Source of the DNA: Terriglobia bacterium
GTDB taxonomy: Bacteria > Acidobacteriota > Terriglobia > UBA7540
Direction: 5' to 3'
Assembly: GCA_049514855.1 (NCBI GenBank)
Contig: JBEKUR010000003.1
Coordinates: 12,768-76,767 of the forward strand
DNA: 64,000 nt
The translations under genes were made by a program, and so were the position numbers. Below are positions 7,266 to 17,715 of this stretch, one piece after another; position 1 is the stretch's first letter; every line of letters begins with the position of its first letter. The notes beneath the pieces are model-generated. The model did not search any database. It was not told the DNA's origin and worked only from the letters and a program-made list of their open reading frames with translations.

Positions 7266-9449
7266 CTACGCAGCCTCCGGTTCCACCCGGCACAGCAAAG
7301 CCGTGTGCGGCCAACTGCCAATCTCTGGGCTACAGAACTTTGCTCCGTCGGGGCAGAGCATATTGGCGTTGGATTCGAACACGCCGAACAATTCCGGCTC
7401 GGCCGCCGAGCGCTCGGGAAACCACCAGCCGTGCTGTACATCGACCATGCGCGGATCGAGAGCGGCGGTGAGGTGGGTGCGGAGGCGGATACGTCCCTGG
7501 GGCGTGACCACCCAGGCCCAGTCTTCCTCGGCCAGTCCCAGCGCTGCTGCTGTATCCGGGTGCAATGCCAGGAGCGGATCGGGCATCTCGGCCCGTGCCG
7601 CCGCCAAGTGCCGCTGCTCGGAGTGATACATGGGCATGAACCGGCTGCCGGTGATGAGCACCAACGGGTACTCGAGCGCCAAGTCGGAATCGCCTGCGGG
7701 GCTCTCGGCGGGCTCGCGGTAGACGGGAACCGGCGCACAGCCGAGGGCCTCGAAGGTGCTCGAGCGGAGCTCCACCTTCCCCGACGGTGTGCCGAACCCG
7801 AACCGTTCGTATCGCTGGTACTCTCGTTTTCCAAACAGCCCGTTCCGCGCCAGCAGTTCTTCAAAGGTAAGGCCGGCGGGAGCCAGCCGGTAGTTCCAGA
7901 CGTCCTCGACGGTATGCCAAGGCCAGTGCTCGGCCTGCCCCAGGCGGACTGCCAAACCCCGCCAGAACTGGTAATCGTCGCGCCGCTCGAATAGAGGGCC
8001 AATCCCCTTGGGGCAGGCCAGGCAGAAGCTCGGGGTCAGCCATAGCTCCGTCCGCTCGACGGTTGAGGCGGCGGGAAATACGTAATCGGCCAGCGCCGCC
8101 GACGGCGTGAGGTAGTAATCCATGACCACGTACAGTTGGAGAGCCTTCAATGCCTTGTAGGTCCGCTGCACATTGGGAAGAGTCACCAGTGGATTGCTGG
8201 CCAGGGAGATCATGGCCGTGACGGGATAGGGCCGGCCCGTGAGGATGGCCTCGAAAACAGCGCGTTTGTGGGCCATGCAAGTCATGTCAGCCAGCGGTGG
8301 AGACATATAGCCAGAGGGCAGGCGGCGGTTGGCAGCCACATTGCGTTCCCACCCGGGGAAGCCGAAAAAGGGATATTCATCCGCCCCAAGCTGTTTCGCG
8401 CGCTGCTGGGGCGGCAGCGCTTCGTTGAACTCGAGCACGTCCCCGCCGACGATCTTTCCCACGGGGTCGACCCGGCCCAGCAGCTCTCCTCCGGGCACGT
8501 CCAAGTTGCCGGAGAGGGCTCGGAGCAGACAACGCGCCCGCGCCGCCTGAGTGGCGTTGACCCCCTGCTTGTCCAGACCGAAGCCCCAGGTGATCACGGC
8601 GGGCTTGGTGGTGGCGTAGCAGCGCGCCGACTCGCAGATTCGCTCAGGCGAAAGCCAGGTGATTGCCGAGACCTTGTCCGGCGTGTACGGAGCGACGGCT
8701 ACTCTCAGGTCCTCGAAGCCCACCGTCCAGCGTTCCGCAAAGTCCCGGTCGTACAAGCCCTCCTCGATCATCAGCCGCAGCCACCCCAGCATCAGCGCCA
8801 CATCCGTGCCGGGCCGGATCGGCAGCCACAAGTCCGCCAGCTCCGCCTCGCGGGTGCGACGCGGGTCCACCACGATGAGCTTCGCGCCATTCTTCTTCGC
8901 GGCCACGATCTCAGGAAAGCCGAGGATCGGGTCGCTTTGCGAAGGGGCGTTCCCCCACACCACCAAGCACTTCGTCCGCCCAATGTCGCCGCGGACGAAG
9001 CCTCCGTAGGTAGCGTATTCGACGGCATGGCTGGGGCACATGCAGATATTGTTCGCCCCGCACAAGTTCGGCGAGCCGAACAGGTTGAAGAAGCGCCTGC
9101 CATCCCAGTGATAGGTCCGATGGGTGCCGTGGGTGAAGGCGAGTGTTTCCGGGCCGTACTGATTCCGGAGCGACCCCAGCCGCTCGGCCACCTCATCGAG
9201 CGCCTGGTCCCAGGAGAGGCGCTGCCACTGATTTGCGCCGCGTTCCCCAACACGCTTCAGCGGATAATTGAGGCGAGCGGGGTGATAGAGGTGATCGACA
9301 AGCAGCTTGCCACGGGCACAAAGCCGCCCGCGGGAGATGGGATGGTCCGGGTCTCCTTCGACCTCAATGGCGCGACCCTCTTCGACGCGCAGGCGCACCC
9401 CGCAGCGCGGGTGGCAGAGACCGCAATACGTCCGGCGAGTTTCCGTCAT
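7266..9449 (-). CDS. molybdopterin-dependent oxidoreductase (DMSO-reductase family), cytoplasmic type
   Basis: 727 aa. N-terminal 4Fe-4S cysteine motif 'CGLCHPRCG...C'. Molybdopterin-binding regions throughout. No twin-arginine signal. Confidence 0.9.
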   Translation of the reverse strand: MTETRRTYCGLCHPRCGVRLRVEEGRAIEVEGDPDHPISRGRLCARGKLLVDHLYHPARLNYPLKRVGERGANQWQRLSWDQALDEVAERLGSLRNQYGPETLAFTHGTHRTYHWDGRRFFNLFGSPNLCGANNICMCPSHAVEYATYGGFVRGDIGRTKCLVVWGNAPSQSDPILGFPEIVAAKKNGAKLIVVDPRRTREAELADLWLPIRPGTDVALMLGWLRLMIEEGLYDRDFAERWTVGFEDLRVAVAPYTPDKVSAITWLSPERICESARCYATTKPAVITWGFGLDKQGVNATQAARARCLLRALSGNLDVPGGELLGRVDPVGKIVGGDVLEFNEALPPQQRAKQLGADEYPFFGFPGWERNVAANRRLPSGYMSPPLADMTCMAHKRAVFEAILTGRPYPVTAMISLASNPLVTLPNVQRTYKALKALQLYVVMDYYLTPSAALADYVFPAASTVERTELWLTPSFCLACPKGIGPLFERRDDYQFWRGLAVRLGQAEHWPWHTVEDVWNYRLAPAGLTFEELLARNGLFGKREYQRYERFGFGTPSGKVELRSSTFEALGCAPVPVYREPAESPAGDSDLALEYPLVLITGSRFMPMYHSEQRHLAAARAEMPDPLLALHPDTAAALGLAEEDWAWVVTPQGRIRLRTHLTAALDPRMVDVQHGWWFPERSAAEPELFGVFESNANMLCPDGAKFCSPEIGSWPHTALLCRVEPEAA

Positions 9450-10046
9450 GGAAGGATGCCTCCCCCGTTTCCGGAGTCTTCTGTCCAGAAACTAGTAGCA
9501 GTTTACTGCCAAATCTGATTTTCGAGAAACGGTAGCGAGCGATTAGCGCGGACCTCCGGTTTTGATGTCCGCGGGTCTTATTCAGTGATCACTTTCCCGT
9601 GCTCTTTTCGAGCGCCGCGTTGCGTCTCCGTCCTGTACCACCTGTTCGGCGCTCCGCGACGAGCATGGTTGAGACTTCAGGGCCGCGGACCTCAAAGACG
9701 GAGGTCCGGGCTACCTGCTCCATGGGGCCGGCGACAAGAAGGAGTGGAAAGCGGCGGGCGGGGGCACCGACTGGGCGAAATATAGGCTACACATTTGGGC
9801 TATTAACAAGCGCGCAAGTCGCCGAGTGTAGCAAAATACTACGCTCATGCGTCTACCCATATATCCCCAGTAGCCTTCTAACCCGTTTGAAAACATTGGG
9901 ATAATCTGCCGAGAGGCAGAATGCTTCAAGAAAAACGGGACAAAGGGGAGAAATGGAAATCTCGCACCCTGAGGATGGGTGTCTTCGATCAAGTGGATTC
10001 CCGCTTTCGCGCGAATCACGCGATCCTGAGGTCTGCACCGGGCAGC

Positions 10047-13000
10047 CTACCAGATCAGCTTGAGTCCGAATTGAATCTGCCGTGACGTTGTAGATGTGCT
10101 GGTGATGACACCGGCAGTGGGGGAGGGGACCCCAACGGCGGACGTGAATACGATCAGGTTCGGCGTATTGAAGTTAGCGCGGTTCAGGGCGTTGAAAAAC
10201 TCCGCCCGAAACTGGAGACCTAGTTTCTCCGTAATCTTCGTGTCTTTGAGCAACGAGAGATCAAGCGTAGCGAGCCCCGGGCCAACAAAGGCGTCTCGTC
10301 CAAGATTCCCGTAAGTCCCGTTAGGTGGGACGAGAAAGGCGTTGGGATTGAAATACTGGTTTGGACTTCCCAGAATCACAGGCCCGGAGAACGCCGGGTC
10401 GAGGGACGGGCGCACCGGGTTGCGCGTATCCCCATTGTTGGAGGGATTGAAGCTGAGTTGTGGCGTGAAGGGAAAGCCGTCCTGCAAGGTCACAATGCTA
10501 TTCAAAGTCCAGCCGCTAGCGAGTGCATTACGCCCACCGCCGAAGCCATTCACGAAGGCCTTCCCCCGTCCGAACGGCAGCTCATAGCTTCCGTTAATGA
10601 CGGTAACGTTTCTGACGTCGAACGTGGCAAGTCCCCAATCTGCGTGGAGGTTGAAGGGATTCATAACCAACCCCGGGGCATTGGCGGCCGCGCTGGCATT
10701 CAGAGAGTCTCCGTCGTCGAGGGCCTTCGACCAAGTGTAAACTCCCCTCAAGGCCAAGCCCCCACTGAAGCGGTGAGTAAAATCCAAAAGCAGGGCATTG
10801 TAGGAGCTGACCCCCTCAGAAAACCAGCTCCAAGTGTTCGCCAGCGCGGGATTAGCCTTCGGTGCCCCATTCGGGATGTAGTACGTCCCAGCGGGGAGGG
10901 AAGCCGGGCAGGGGGCCGCAGGGCAAATTGTGGGGAATGGCTCGTTGGCGTCCAGGCTGACGACTTCGTGGTACCCGTGAGACCCCACATAACCGACGCT
11001 GAACGACGTGTTGGGAGTCAATTCCTGTTCAATCCTGAGGGAATAGGACACGAGGGTAGGCGTCTTCAAATCAGGTTGAACCCCTCCTGGCACCACCTTC
11101 GCACTTGACGGCAGTGGGGCGCCGGGGTTGAAGGGGAGTTGAGAGACGGGGAGGCTCGCAATGCTGTCGGTTGGATTGAAGGGCGCATCCTGATCGAGGC
11201 GGTATCCAAGCGCGTCTTGAAGATCGTTGTACATCCCGAAGCCGGCGCGGACGACGGTCTTGGTGCGGAAGGGACTCCACGCTAAACCGATTCGCGGTTG
11301 GGGCAGGAACTTCGCGTTGTTGGAAGTGAAGACTGAGTTTGCGACTCGCGGTTGAGTAACAATGACCCCGTTGTTGAAAACGAAGTTGGCGCCCCGTCCA
11401 TGAGCTTCGTTCCATCCGTTGGTGAACTCGTCGCGGAAGCCCAGGGATAGCGTCAACTTGGGACTCAGCCGTATGTCGTCCTCGAGGTACCAGGCGCCGA
11501 GGAACGCGCGCCAGCCCAGACGGGTCGGTGTGGGATCAAACAGGAAAGTGCCCACCGTGCCCTCGAGGAAGGTCGTCAGACTTGTAAATGTAGCCTGTCC
11601 ATACTGGCTGAGCGCCAGATTCTCATTGGACTCGAGCCGTTGGAACCACGCTCCCACACTGACCCGATGACGCCCTTTCGTGAAGGTCACGCGATCCTCA
11701 TAAGTGAAGAGATTCCGCGCGATGTCCAGGTTGCTTCCATTGTTGCTTCCAGCAAGGCTTAATTGTGCGGCCGGATTCGATGCCGCGCTTCCTCCGATCA
11801 CCACCGCGCCAACAGGACGGCCAACCAAAAAGCTCGGAACACTCGCTGCGGGGGTATTGGGGGCGGGTTCTCCTGTATAGAAGTAGCTGGCGCGAGAGAA
11901 ACCGAAGCGCGCGGTGTTGATCACCGTAGGGGAGAAAACGTGGGTTTCTTCGAGGCTGATAACCTGTTCCCGCAGGCTCTCTAGGTCCGTGCTGAAAGGA
12001 TTGATGGTGGGTGAGCTATCCGCGCTGTCGTCGACCGTGTAGACCACGCCGAGAGAGTCTTTCTCAGAGAAGATGTGGTCGAGCCGCGTGGTCCCAAAGT
12101 CCTCTCGGATGGTTTGCAAAGGGTTGCTGAACGATTCGGCGATGCCTCCGAAGTCCGGCGCGTTCGGGCTTTGCACGGGCCACAACGAAAGCAGTGGCGC
12201 AACTCCGGGCGCCACTCCCACGTTGACCAACGTGCCATTCGGACCCGGCAATAGACCGTGGCGCGCGTTGTTGTCCGGAACGAGCGTCACATCGGTTAAC
12301 CCCAGGTGCTGCTGGTATCCCTCGTAATTGCCAAACAGGAAGGTCTTATCCTTTTGGATCGGTCCCCCCAAAGACCCTCCAAACTGGTTGCGCGCGAAAT
12401 GCGGGATGGAGGCCTGATCGAAGAAATTGCGCGCATCAAAGGCGCTGTTGCGGAGGAATTCAAATACCGTCCCGTGCCAATCGTTTGTCCCGGACTGGGT
12501 GACGATGGTGACTTGGCCGCCGGGCCGTTTGCCGTACTGCGGGCCGTACGTGTCGCGCAGCAGGTTGAATTCCCGAACCGCGTCCACCCCCAGCAACTGC
12601 TGGCTGGTACCGCCGGGCTGCATATCGTTCTCGGCCGCACCCGTGAATTCGACCCCGTTCAACAAGAAGAGGTTTTGCTGAGGCCGGTTCCCCGAGACCG
12701 AGAACATGTTGCCGACGGCAGAGTTGGAAATTCCGACCCCGCCTGTCTTCTCCCACGTGAAGTTGACGACCCCGGGATTCAGGGTAAGAAGCTCATCGTA
12801 GCTTCGGCCGTTCAGCGGCAGGCCCTTTACTTGCCGCTCTCCCACCAAACCCGCGCTTGCCGTAGGCGTGGCGCTGACCAACGGAGCTTCTCCCGTCACC
12901 GTCACTTGCTGCCTGATTTCGCCCAATTGCAGGACCAAGTCGACCATGGCCTCCTGTCCGACGTCGAGGGTGATGCCCGTGCGGAGCTCAGCTCTGAACC

Positions 13001-13286
13001 CGTCCTTTTGTGCCCTTATCTCATACCGCCCGACTGGAAGTGAGAGCACGCTGTAACGCCCCATGCCGTCGCTCACTGCGGCACGAATCGATCCGGTCTC
13101 CAGGTTCCTCACAGCCACGTTCACCCCCGGTAATACGGCTCCCGATGAGTCGGCAGCCGTTCCCGAAATCGCGCCCGACACTTGTGCTCGAGCTGCCGAG
13201 GTGACCATAAGAGTCAACACCATTGCTGAGCAGAAAATGCCAAACCAATTGGCATGTTCCATTAACGCTTTTTGCCGGCGATTCAT
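10047..13286 (-). CDS. TonB-dependent receptor with CarboxypepD_reg-like N-terminal domain
   Basis: 1079 aa. Signal peptide, then 'GTAADSSGAVLPGVNVAVRNLETG...GRYSVLSLPVGRYEI'. Long beta-barrel ending in 'QIQFGLKLIW'. Confidence 0.9.
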   Translation of the reverse strand: MNRRQKALMEHANWFGIFCSAMVLTLMVTSAARAQVSGAISGTAADSSGAVLPGVNVAVRNLETGSIRAAVSDGMGRYSVLSLPVGRYEIRAQKDGFRAELRTGITLDVGQEAMVDLVLQLGEIRQQVTVTGEAPLVSATPTASAGLVGERQVKGLPLNGRSYDELLTLNPGVVNFTWEKTGGVGISNSAVGNMFSVSGNRPQQNLFLLNGVEFTGAAENDMQPGGTSQQLLGVDAVREFNLLRDTYGPQYGKRPGGQVTIVTQSGTNDWHGTVFEFLRNSAFDARNFFDQASIPHFARNQFGGSLGGPIQKDKTFLFGNYEGYQQHLGLTDVTLVPDNNARHGLLPGPNGTLVNVGVAPGVAPLLSLWPVQSPNAPDFGGIAESFSNPLQTIREDFGTTRLDHIFSEKDSLGVVYTVDDSADSSPTINPFSTDLESLREQVISLEETHVFSPTVINTARFGFSRASYFYTGEPAPNTPAASVPSFLVGRPVGAVVIGGSAASNPAAQLSLAGSNNGSNLDIARNLFTYEDRVTFTKGRHRVSVGAWFQRLESNENLALSQYGQATFTSLTTFLEGTVGTFLFDPTPTRLGWRAFLGAWYLEDDIRLSPKLTLSLGFRDEFTNGWNEAHGRGANFVFNNGVIVTQPRVANSVFTSNNAKFLPQPRIGLAWSPFRTKTVVRAGFGMYNDLQDALGYRLDQDAPFNPTDSIASLPVSQLPFNPGAPLPSSAKVVPGGVQPDLKTPTLVSYSLRIEQELTPNTSFSVGYVGSHGYHEVVSLDANEPFPTICPAAPCPASLPAGTYYIPNGAPKANPALANTWSWFSEGVSSYNALLLDFTHRFSGGLALRGVYTWSKALDDGDSLNASAAANAPGLVMNPFNLHADWGLATFDVRNVTVINGSYELPFGRGKAFVNGFGGGRNALASGWTLNSIVTLQDGFPFTPQLSFNPSNNGDTRNPVRPSLDPAFSGPVILGSPNQYFNPNAFLVPPNGTYGNLGRDAFVGPGLATLDLSLLKDTKITEKLGLQFRAEFFNALNRANFNTPNLIVFTSAVGVPSPTAGVITSTSTTSRQIQFGLKLIW

Positions 13287-13990
13287 GAAGTTATCCCCCT
13301 CCGATGGAAACTGGACAAAGCTGGCCGTTGTGTTCTTTCAGCCCCTGAGGGAATTGGCCTTATAGCTCTAGTGTCCTGAGCCACAAGTAAGCTGACAAAG
13401 TCTTCCCGTTTCGGATAGCCGTTCTGTAGCCCCGACAGGGGCGAAAGATCGTAGCCCAGGGCGCCAGCCCTGGGGGAAGGAGCCCTCACGCCGTCCCGCA
13501 GAGCGGGACACCCCTTTCCCGCCCGCGCGGGAGAGGGGACGGGGGAGAGGGAAGGTTCGCATACCCATCCCGCGGGACCGTGGGCTATCCTTTTTCGCCC
13601 GCTTCGTGGGCTGACTTCATCAACGAACTTCTGACTCAGGACACTAGCAGCACGCGCAGCGAAATATTGTATAGGCATGTGTCCATTTAAAGTCAATAAG
13701 TGCGAGCGTTTCTATACGATAATATACGAATAGTCGTAGCGAATAAAACAGAGACGTGCTGTCTTGTCCAAAAAATTCAATTCTTTTTGTTACCTCTCCC
13801 TGTAAACTGCATTTATGCGGATGAGGCCAGGGAGATGCCACACGACGAAGGGAACCGGAATGCTTGGTTCGAAATGCGCAAAGGAATCGGTAGTTGTCAC
13901 GAACCCCTCGTAAGGGCCCCAAGGAGGATTACCATGCCATGGTTTTGCCTCCTCGGGCCGCACAAAGCAAACCGAAAACTGAGGTGAACC

Positions 13991-14437
13991 ATGATCGAAG
14001 GAAAACTGCGATTAGCAACCGTGGAGGGCGAAGGAAGGCAGTTTGTTGCTGAGTCGGGTACTGGTCATGCCCTCGTTATGGACGACGCCAACGGGCGCAC
14101 GGGACCCAAGCCCATTGAGCTGGCCTTGCTGGCCCTCGGTGGCTGTACCGGTTTTGACGTAATCAGCATTCTTCGCAAGAAACGCCAGACGGTAACCGGG
14201 TATGAAATCGAACTCCATGCTGAGCAGAACCCGGAGCCGCCTTCTTACTTCACCCGCGTTGAAATCAAGCACCGGCTTCGGGGGCGCATCGCTCCCGAGG
14301 CCGTCCAAAGAGCCATTCAGCTTTCCGAGACGAAGTACTGCGCCGTGGGGGCGATGATCTCGAAGACGGCGAAGATCGAAACTACCTTTGAGATCCTGCC
14401 GGACGTTACACAGGAAACCTCCCGCGAGGTAGCGTAA
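13991..14437 (+). CDS. OsmC-family peroxiredoxin-like protein
   Basis: 'GPKPIELALLALGGCTGFDV' and 'LSETKYCAVGAM' carry the two conserved OsmC cysteines. Confidence 0.9.
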   Translation: MIEGKLRLATVEGEGRQFVAESGTGHALVMDDANGRTGPKPIELALLALGGCTGFDVISILRKKRQTVTGYEIELHAEQNPEPPSYFTRVEIKHRLRGRIAPEAVQRAIQLSETKYCAVGAMISKTAKIETTFEILPDVTQETSREVA

Positions 14438-14739
14438 TGAAGAGACTCATCTCACTGGGGGCAATGCTTCTCCTGGCAGCAGGCGCTCAAACTCAGCCTG
14501 CCGCAAGAGAGTCAACTCAGTCGCTTACCCTTCAGGAAGCTGTGCGGATTGCGTTTCAGAAGAACCCTACCATCCAGGCGGCTGACGCCTATGCGCAGGC
14601 GGCGCAGCAGGGAATCACTGCTGCCAAGGCTTTTCGTTATCCGCGGCTGGATTTCTCCGAGGGATTCACGCCTGGCAACAATCCCGTTTACGTGTTCGGA
14701 ACGCTGCTCCCTAATCACAGCGAGGAGCGTATAATTTGA
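14437..14739 (+). pseudogene. truncated TolC-family outer-membrane protein (N-terminal ~95 aa only)
   Basis: Signal peptide plus 'LTLQEAVRIAFQKNPTIQAA...RYPRLDFSEGFTPGNNPVYVFGTLL' is a TolC N-terminus. The ORF ends after 100 aa; full-length proteins are about 430-480 aa. Confidence 0.7.
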
Positions 14740-14909
14740 CTGTGGAAAGCATCTTGATTTTCGTTCTCTTTCTGGTGGTCTGGTTCCTGGTCCTGCCACG
14801 CATTCCCGGAATCTCTCGCTTTACCTGAGCGCGGCGTTTTGCCTCCCCGGCGGGGAATTCCAAGCACGAAAGCTTTGACATCAAACCTAAGGAGTGATCT
14901 CGCTTTTCC

Positions 14910-15104
14910 ATGCCTATCTTTGAATACGCCTGTTCCAACTGCGGACACGTCTTCGAGAAAATCGTGTTGACGCGCAACCAGGAGCCGCCTGAGTGCCCCA
15001 AATGCGGATGGAAGCGGGTCGAGCAGAAGTTCTCGGTATTTGCCACTGCCGGCGCCACAAGCAAGTCAGCCGGCGGCGTGTGTGCGCCTTCCGGTGGCGG
15101 TTGA
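14910..15104 (+). CDS. FmdB-family zinc-ribbon protein
   Basis: 'MPIFEYACSNCGHVFE...PECPKCG' shows the characteristic double CxxC. Confidence 0.75.
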   Translation: MPIFEYACSNCGHVFEKIVLTRNQEPPECPKCGWKRVEQKFSVFATAGATSKSAGGVCAPSGGG

Positions 15105-15245
15105 CAGCTCTGATCGGGGAGCAGGCTGCTTCCTTCTGAAAGCAACTCAAGAGGCTGAACCCCAATGCCGCGAGCGTGGGATTCCTCTAAACAAATCTTG
15201 ATTTAGGTTCGGTCTTACTATAAAGTAAGATGGGAGGTGGAGTCC

Positions 15246-15488
15246 ATGCTGAAGGCTCGTGTATCCTCGAGGGGACAACTGGCCCTCCCCAAAGAGGTCC
15301 GAGATCAATTGGGGCTGGGCGAGGGCGCCCGCCTGACCGTGAGAGTTGAAGGCGATGAGGTGATCTTGCGGAAAGCGGTGACTGGGAACTGGAGGGAGTG
15401 GGAAGGACGCTTCAAAGGTTCCGATCTTCTGGGGGATCTGGCTCGAAACCGGCGAAAGGAATTGACGCGTGACCGCAAGCGTTCTTGA
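15246..15488 (+). CDS. AbrB/MazE/SpoVT-type antitoxin (VapB-like)
   Basis: 'ARVSSRGQLALPKEVRDQLGLGEGARLTV' is a swapped-hairpin motif. ATG at 15246 lies 8 nt after GGGAGG. Overlaps the PIN gene. Confidence 0.75.
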   Translation: MLKARVSSRGQLALPKEVRDQLGLGEGARLTVRVEGDEVILRKAVTGNWREWEGRFKGSDLLGDLARNRRKELTRDRKRS

Positions 15489-15894
15489 CTCCTGGGCGAT
15501 GATCGGCTGGCTCCAGGGCGAAGAGCCGGCGCGCGCCAGAGTACGCGAACTTCTGGAGCAGGCTTCGCGCGGCGAGACCAAGGTCAGCATCTCGCTGCTC
15601 AACGTCGGCGAAGTCTTCTACCTGATCGCGAAGCGCCACGGGGCCGCGCCCGCCGAGCGGTTCCTTGCCGACCTCGCGATGATGCCGATTCAGGCCCTCC
15701 TCCCCGACCGAAGATTGATCCTGGGCGCGGCTCGCTTGAAGAGCCGCTACCCTATCTCTTACGCGGACGCGTTTGCCGTGGAAACGGCCCGGGAGCAAAA
15801 CGCCATCCTGGTGACTGGCGACCCCGAACTGTGGCAACTCTCCAAACAAGAGCCCATCGAACTCCTTTGGGTGGGCAAGAGGCAAGCCCACTGA
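15469..15894 (+). CDS. vapC: VapC-family PIN toxin
   Basis: 'VLDSWAMIGWL...', 'SYADAFAVETAREQNAILVTGDPE'. GTG start overlaps the antitoxin by 20 nt. Confidence 0.8.
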   Translation: MTASVLDSWAMIGWLQGEEPARARVRELLEQASRGETKVSISLLNVGEVFYLIAKRHGAAPAERFLADLAMMPIQALLPDRRLILGAARLKSRYPISYADAFAVETAREQNAILVTGDPELWQLSKQEPIELLWVGKRQAH

Positions 15895-16129
15895 CGCCGG
15901 CCGCGGCTGGCGCCGACATTGCATTTTACGTCGGCGACCCGTGGCCCGCCCCAAGAGCCGCTGCGCTATCCAGGGGGCAGTCCCGCGTACGCGGGATCAA
16001 TCGACGCCCCGACTCGTCGGGGCGCCACCTGCGGAACAAAAAGGGGAATAAGACCGTAAGGAGCGGGGTAACTCGACTGGGAGCTCAGGGGGCGTTGCGG
16101 AAAGGGGGACCGTCTGGTAGATTGGTGTC

Positions 16130-16345
16130 ATGACCAAGCTGTTGGAGAGGGCCGTCGAAAAAGTTTCTAGCCTGTCTCAAGATGAGCAGGACGCTATTGC
16201 CTCCCAGATTCTCGCCGAGCTTGAAGACGAGGCAGCCTGGGGGGCGCGCCTCGTCAGGCAGGGGGGCAAGCCGCGCCGCCTTGCTGATGAGGCGCTCGCG
16301 GAACATCACCGCGGAGAGACTCGCCCACTCGACGATCTCGTTTGA
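16130..16345 (+). CDS. antitoxin-like small protein without adjacent toxin
   Basis: 71 aa. 'MTKLLERAVEKVSSLSQDEQDAIASQILAELEDEAAW' resembles addiction-module antidote N-termini. A decayed paralog lies at 17716..17880. Confidence 0.5.
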   Translation: MTKLLERAVEKVSSLSQDEQDAIASQILAELEDEAAWGARLVRQGGKPRRLADEALAEHHRGETRPLDDLV

Positions 16346-16405
16346 TCGAATCCCGCACCACACGGCGGTTCCGCGAAAACGAATAGCTGGGCGTCGTCCG
16401 CTATC

Positions 16406-16690
16406 CTAACGACCCAGTTCATGCTTCACGTCCTGCCACAGCTTGAACCGACCCGCTTTGATCTGCTCCATCCCATGGCGGACTTTCTTTGCTTCGGCAG
16501 GGGTGAGCACATCATCGGGATCTACCAAACGCTTGGGTTTAACAAGGACGCCGTTGGCCTGCCTACTAAACGCGACGAAATCACCCTCCCGGAGTTTTAG
16601 ACCCTCAAGGATATCGCGCGGGATGACCACTTGGCGACGCTGTCCCACTCGCCCGATCCGTTCTCGAGTTGCGGCTGTCTTCGGTGTCAT
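16406..16690 (-). CDS. AbrB/SpoVT-domain DNA-binding protein (antitoxin-like)
   Basis: 'RVGQRRQVVIPRDILEGLKLREGDFVAF' is a swapped-hairpin motif. Lies 41 nt downstream of the GNAT toxin gene. Confidence 0.7.
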   Translation of the reverse strand: MTPKTAATRERIGRVGQRRQVVIPRDILEGLKLREGDFVAFSRQANGVLVKPKRLVDPDDVLTPAEAKKVRHGMEQIKAGRFKLWQDVKHELGR

Positions 16691-16731
16691 GTCCTCAGAC
16701 TATCTGATTGTCAGAAAATGTCAAGTATGAC

Positions 16732-17253
16732 TCAGGAGAACAGCTTTTCAATAGTCGCCATCGGGAGGAACAGCCGTTTGGGTGTCTTGGGAAGCTCGAT
16801 GAAGCCATACTTCTTATAGAATGCTGCCGCGCTGTCATCTTTTGCATCCACAATAACCACAGCAGAGGCGACTTGTTTGCTGCCACTCAAGCAACGGTTA
16901 AGCGCATCCATCAATAGCAACTCGCCAAGCCTCTGGCCTCGAAATTCGTTGCTAACTGCCAGACGTCCGATGAGGGTTGCGGGCACGAAGGGGTACTTGG
17001 GAAGCTTTGCTGCGAGCCCGTCCGGAATCGCGTCCAGTTCGACAGAGTACTGAGACAGGGTGTAATAGCCAGCGCCGGTCTTGCCATCCGGCGTGAGCAC
17101 GAATGCAACGGCGACGCGCTTTCTTACATCCTGCCCGGCTTGTTTCCGCAGGTAGTTGTCGAGCCCTTCTACACCACATGAAAAGGCCGCCCGGTCGTGC
17201 GCCGGCCCGAGCGGCTCGAAATGGAGTCTTGTCGTCTCTTCTTTCCCCGGCAA
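16732..17253 (-). CDS. GNAT-family acetyltransferase toxin (TacT/KacT-like)
   Basis: 'FSCGVEGLDNYLRKQAGQDVRKRVAVAFVL' and 'IGRLAVSNEFRGQRLGELLLMDAL...AFYKKYGF'. TTG start directly abuts the DUF1778 gene stop. Confidence 0.85.
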   Translation of the reverse strand: MPGKEETTRLHFEPLGPAHDRAAFSCGVEGLDNYLRKQAGQDVRKRVAVAFVLTPDGKTGAGYYTLSQYSVELDAIPDGLAAKLPKYPFVPATLIGRLAVSNEFRGQRLGELLLMDALNRCLSGSKQVASAVVIVDAKDDSAAAFYKKYGFIELPKTPKRLFLPMATIEKLFS

Positions 17254-17559
17254 TTACAGCCCCAAGCGCTCTTTGTATCGCCGCGCCGCGGCACGCGCCG
17301 GCGCGTTCGGAGCGGGAGGATTTAGCAGAGCATTGACAAACGCTTCACGCGCTTCATCGCGCAAACTCAGCGTCTGGAAGTCCTTGATTGTCTCCGTCGC
17401 TGCGTGTTGGGCGCTCGCCAGAACAAAGTCAGTGACGGAGGTTCCACGGATCTGCGCGGCACGTTCGATAAGGCGCTTCTGGTTCCGGGTAAGCCTTGCC
17501 TCGAGGCGCTCCTGCTTCCGGGATTGCCTCCGAACTTGAAATATCTGATTGTGCCCCAT
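17254..17559 (-). CDS. DUF1778-family antitoxin (TacA-like)
   Basis: 'RLEARLTRNQKRLIERAAQIRGTSVTDFVLASA' is the DUF1778 RHH signature. ATG at 17559 follows GGAGGTG; the listed ORF is extended to 17634. Confidence 0.85.
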   Translation of the reverse strand: MGHNQIFQVRRQSRKQERLEARLTRNQKRLIERAAQIRGTSVTDFVLASAQHAATETIKDFQTLSLRDEAREAFVNALLNPPAPNAPARAAARRYKERLGL

Positions 17560-17620
17560 AAAGCCCACCTCCCCCGACGCATCTAATGTACGGCAATTCG
17601 CCGCACGTGTCAACATTTTT

Positions 17621-17711
17621 GGGTAGTGGGTCAATTTGATGCTGTAGCGGCGAGTTTACCTCGCCAAATGGCGGCGTAAAGCCGCCTCTACATCGAATTG
17701 ACCCACTACCC
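17621..17711. mobile_element. 91-nt MITE/REP-like structured element
   Basis: Perfect 16-nt terminal inverted repeat 'gggtagtgggtcaatt'/'aattgacccactaccc'. It encloses two hairpins, 'ggcgagtttacctcgcc' and 'ggcggcgtaaagccgcc'. The 25-nt core is identical to 25273..25297. Confidence 0.6.
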
Positions 17712-17715
17712 ATTT

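Noticed and set aside
8136-9518. 460-aa plus-strand ORF, plus others at 7220-8002, 7236-7994 and 8792-9253
   Set aside because: They lie antisense to, or out of frame with, the well-supported molybdopterin oxidoreductase gene. Their composition is Arg/Gly/Pro-rich, typical of shadow ORFs in high-GC DNA, and they carry no motifs.
12306-13043. 245-aa plus-strand ORF and other ORFs inside 10047-13286
   Set aside because: Shadows of the TonB-dependent receptor gene.
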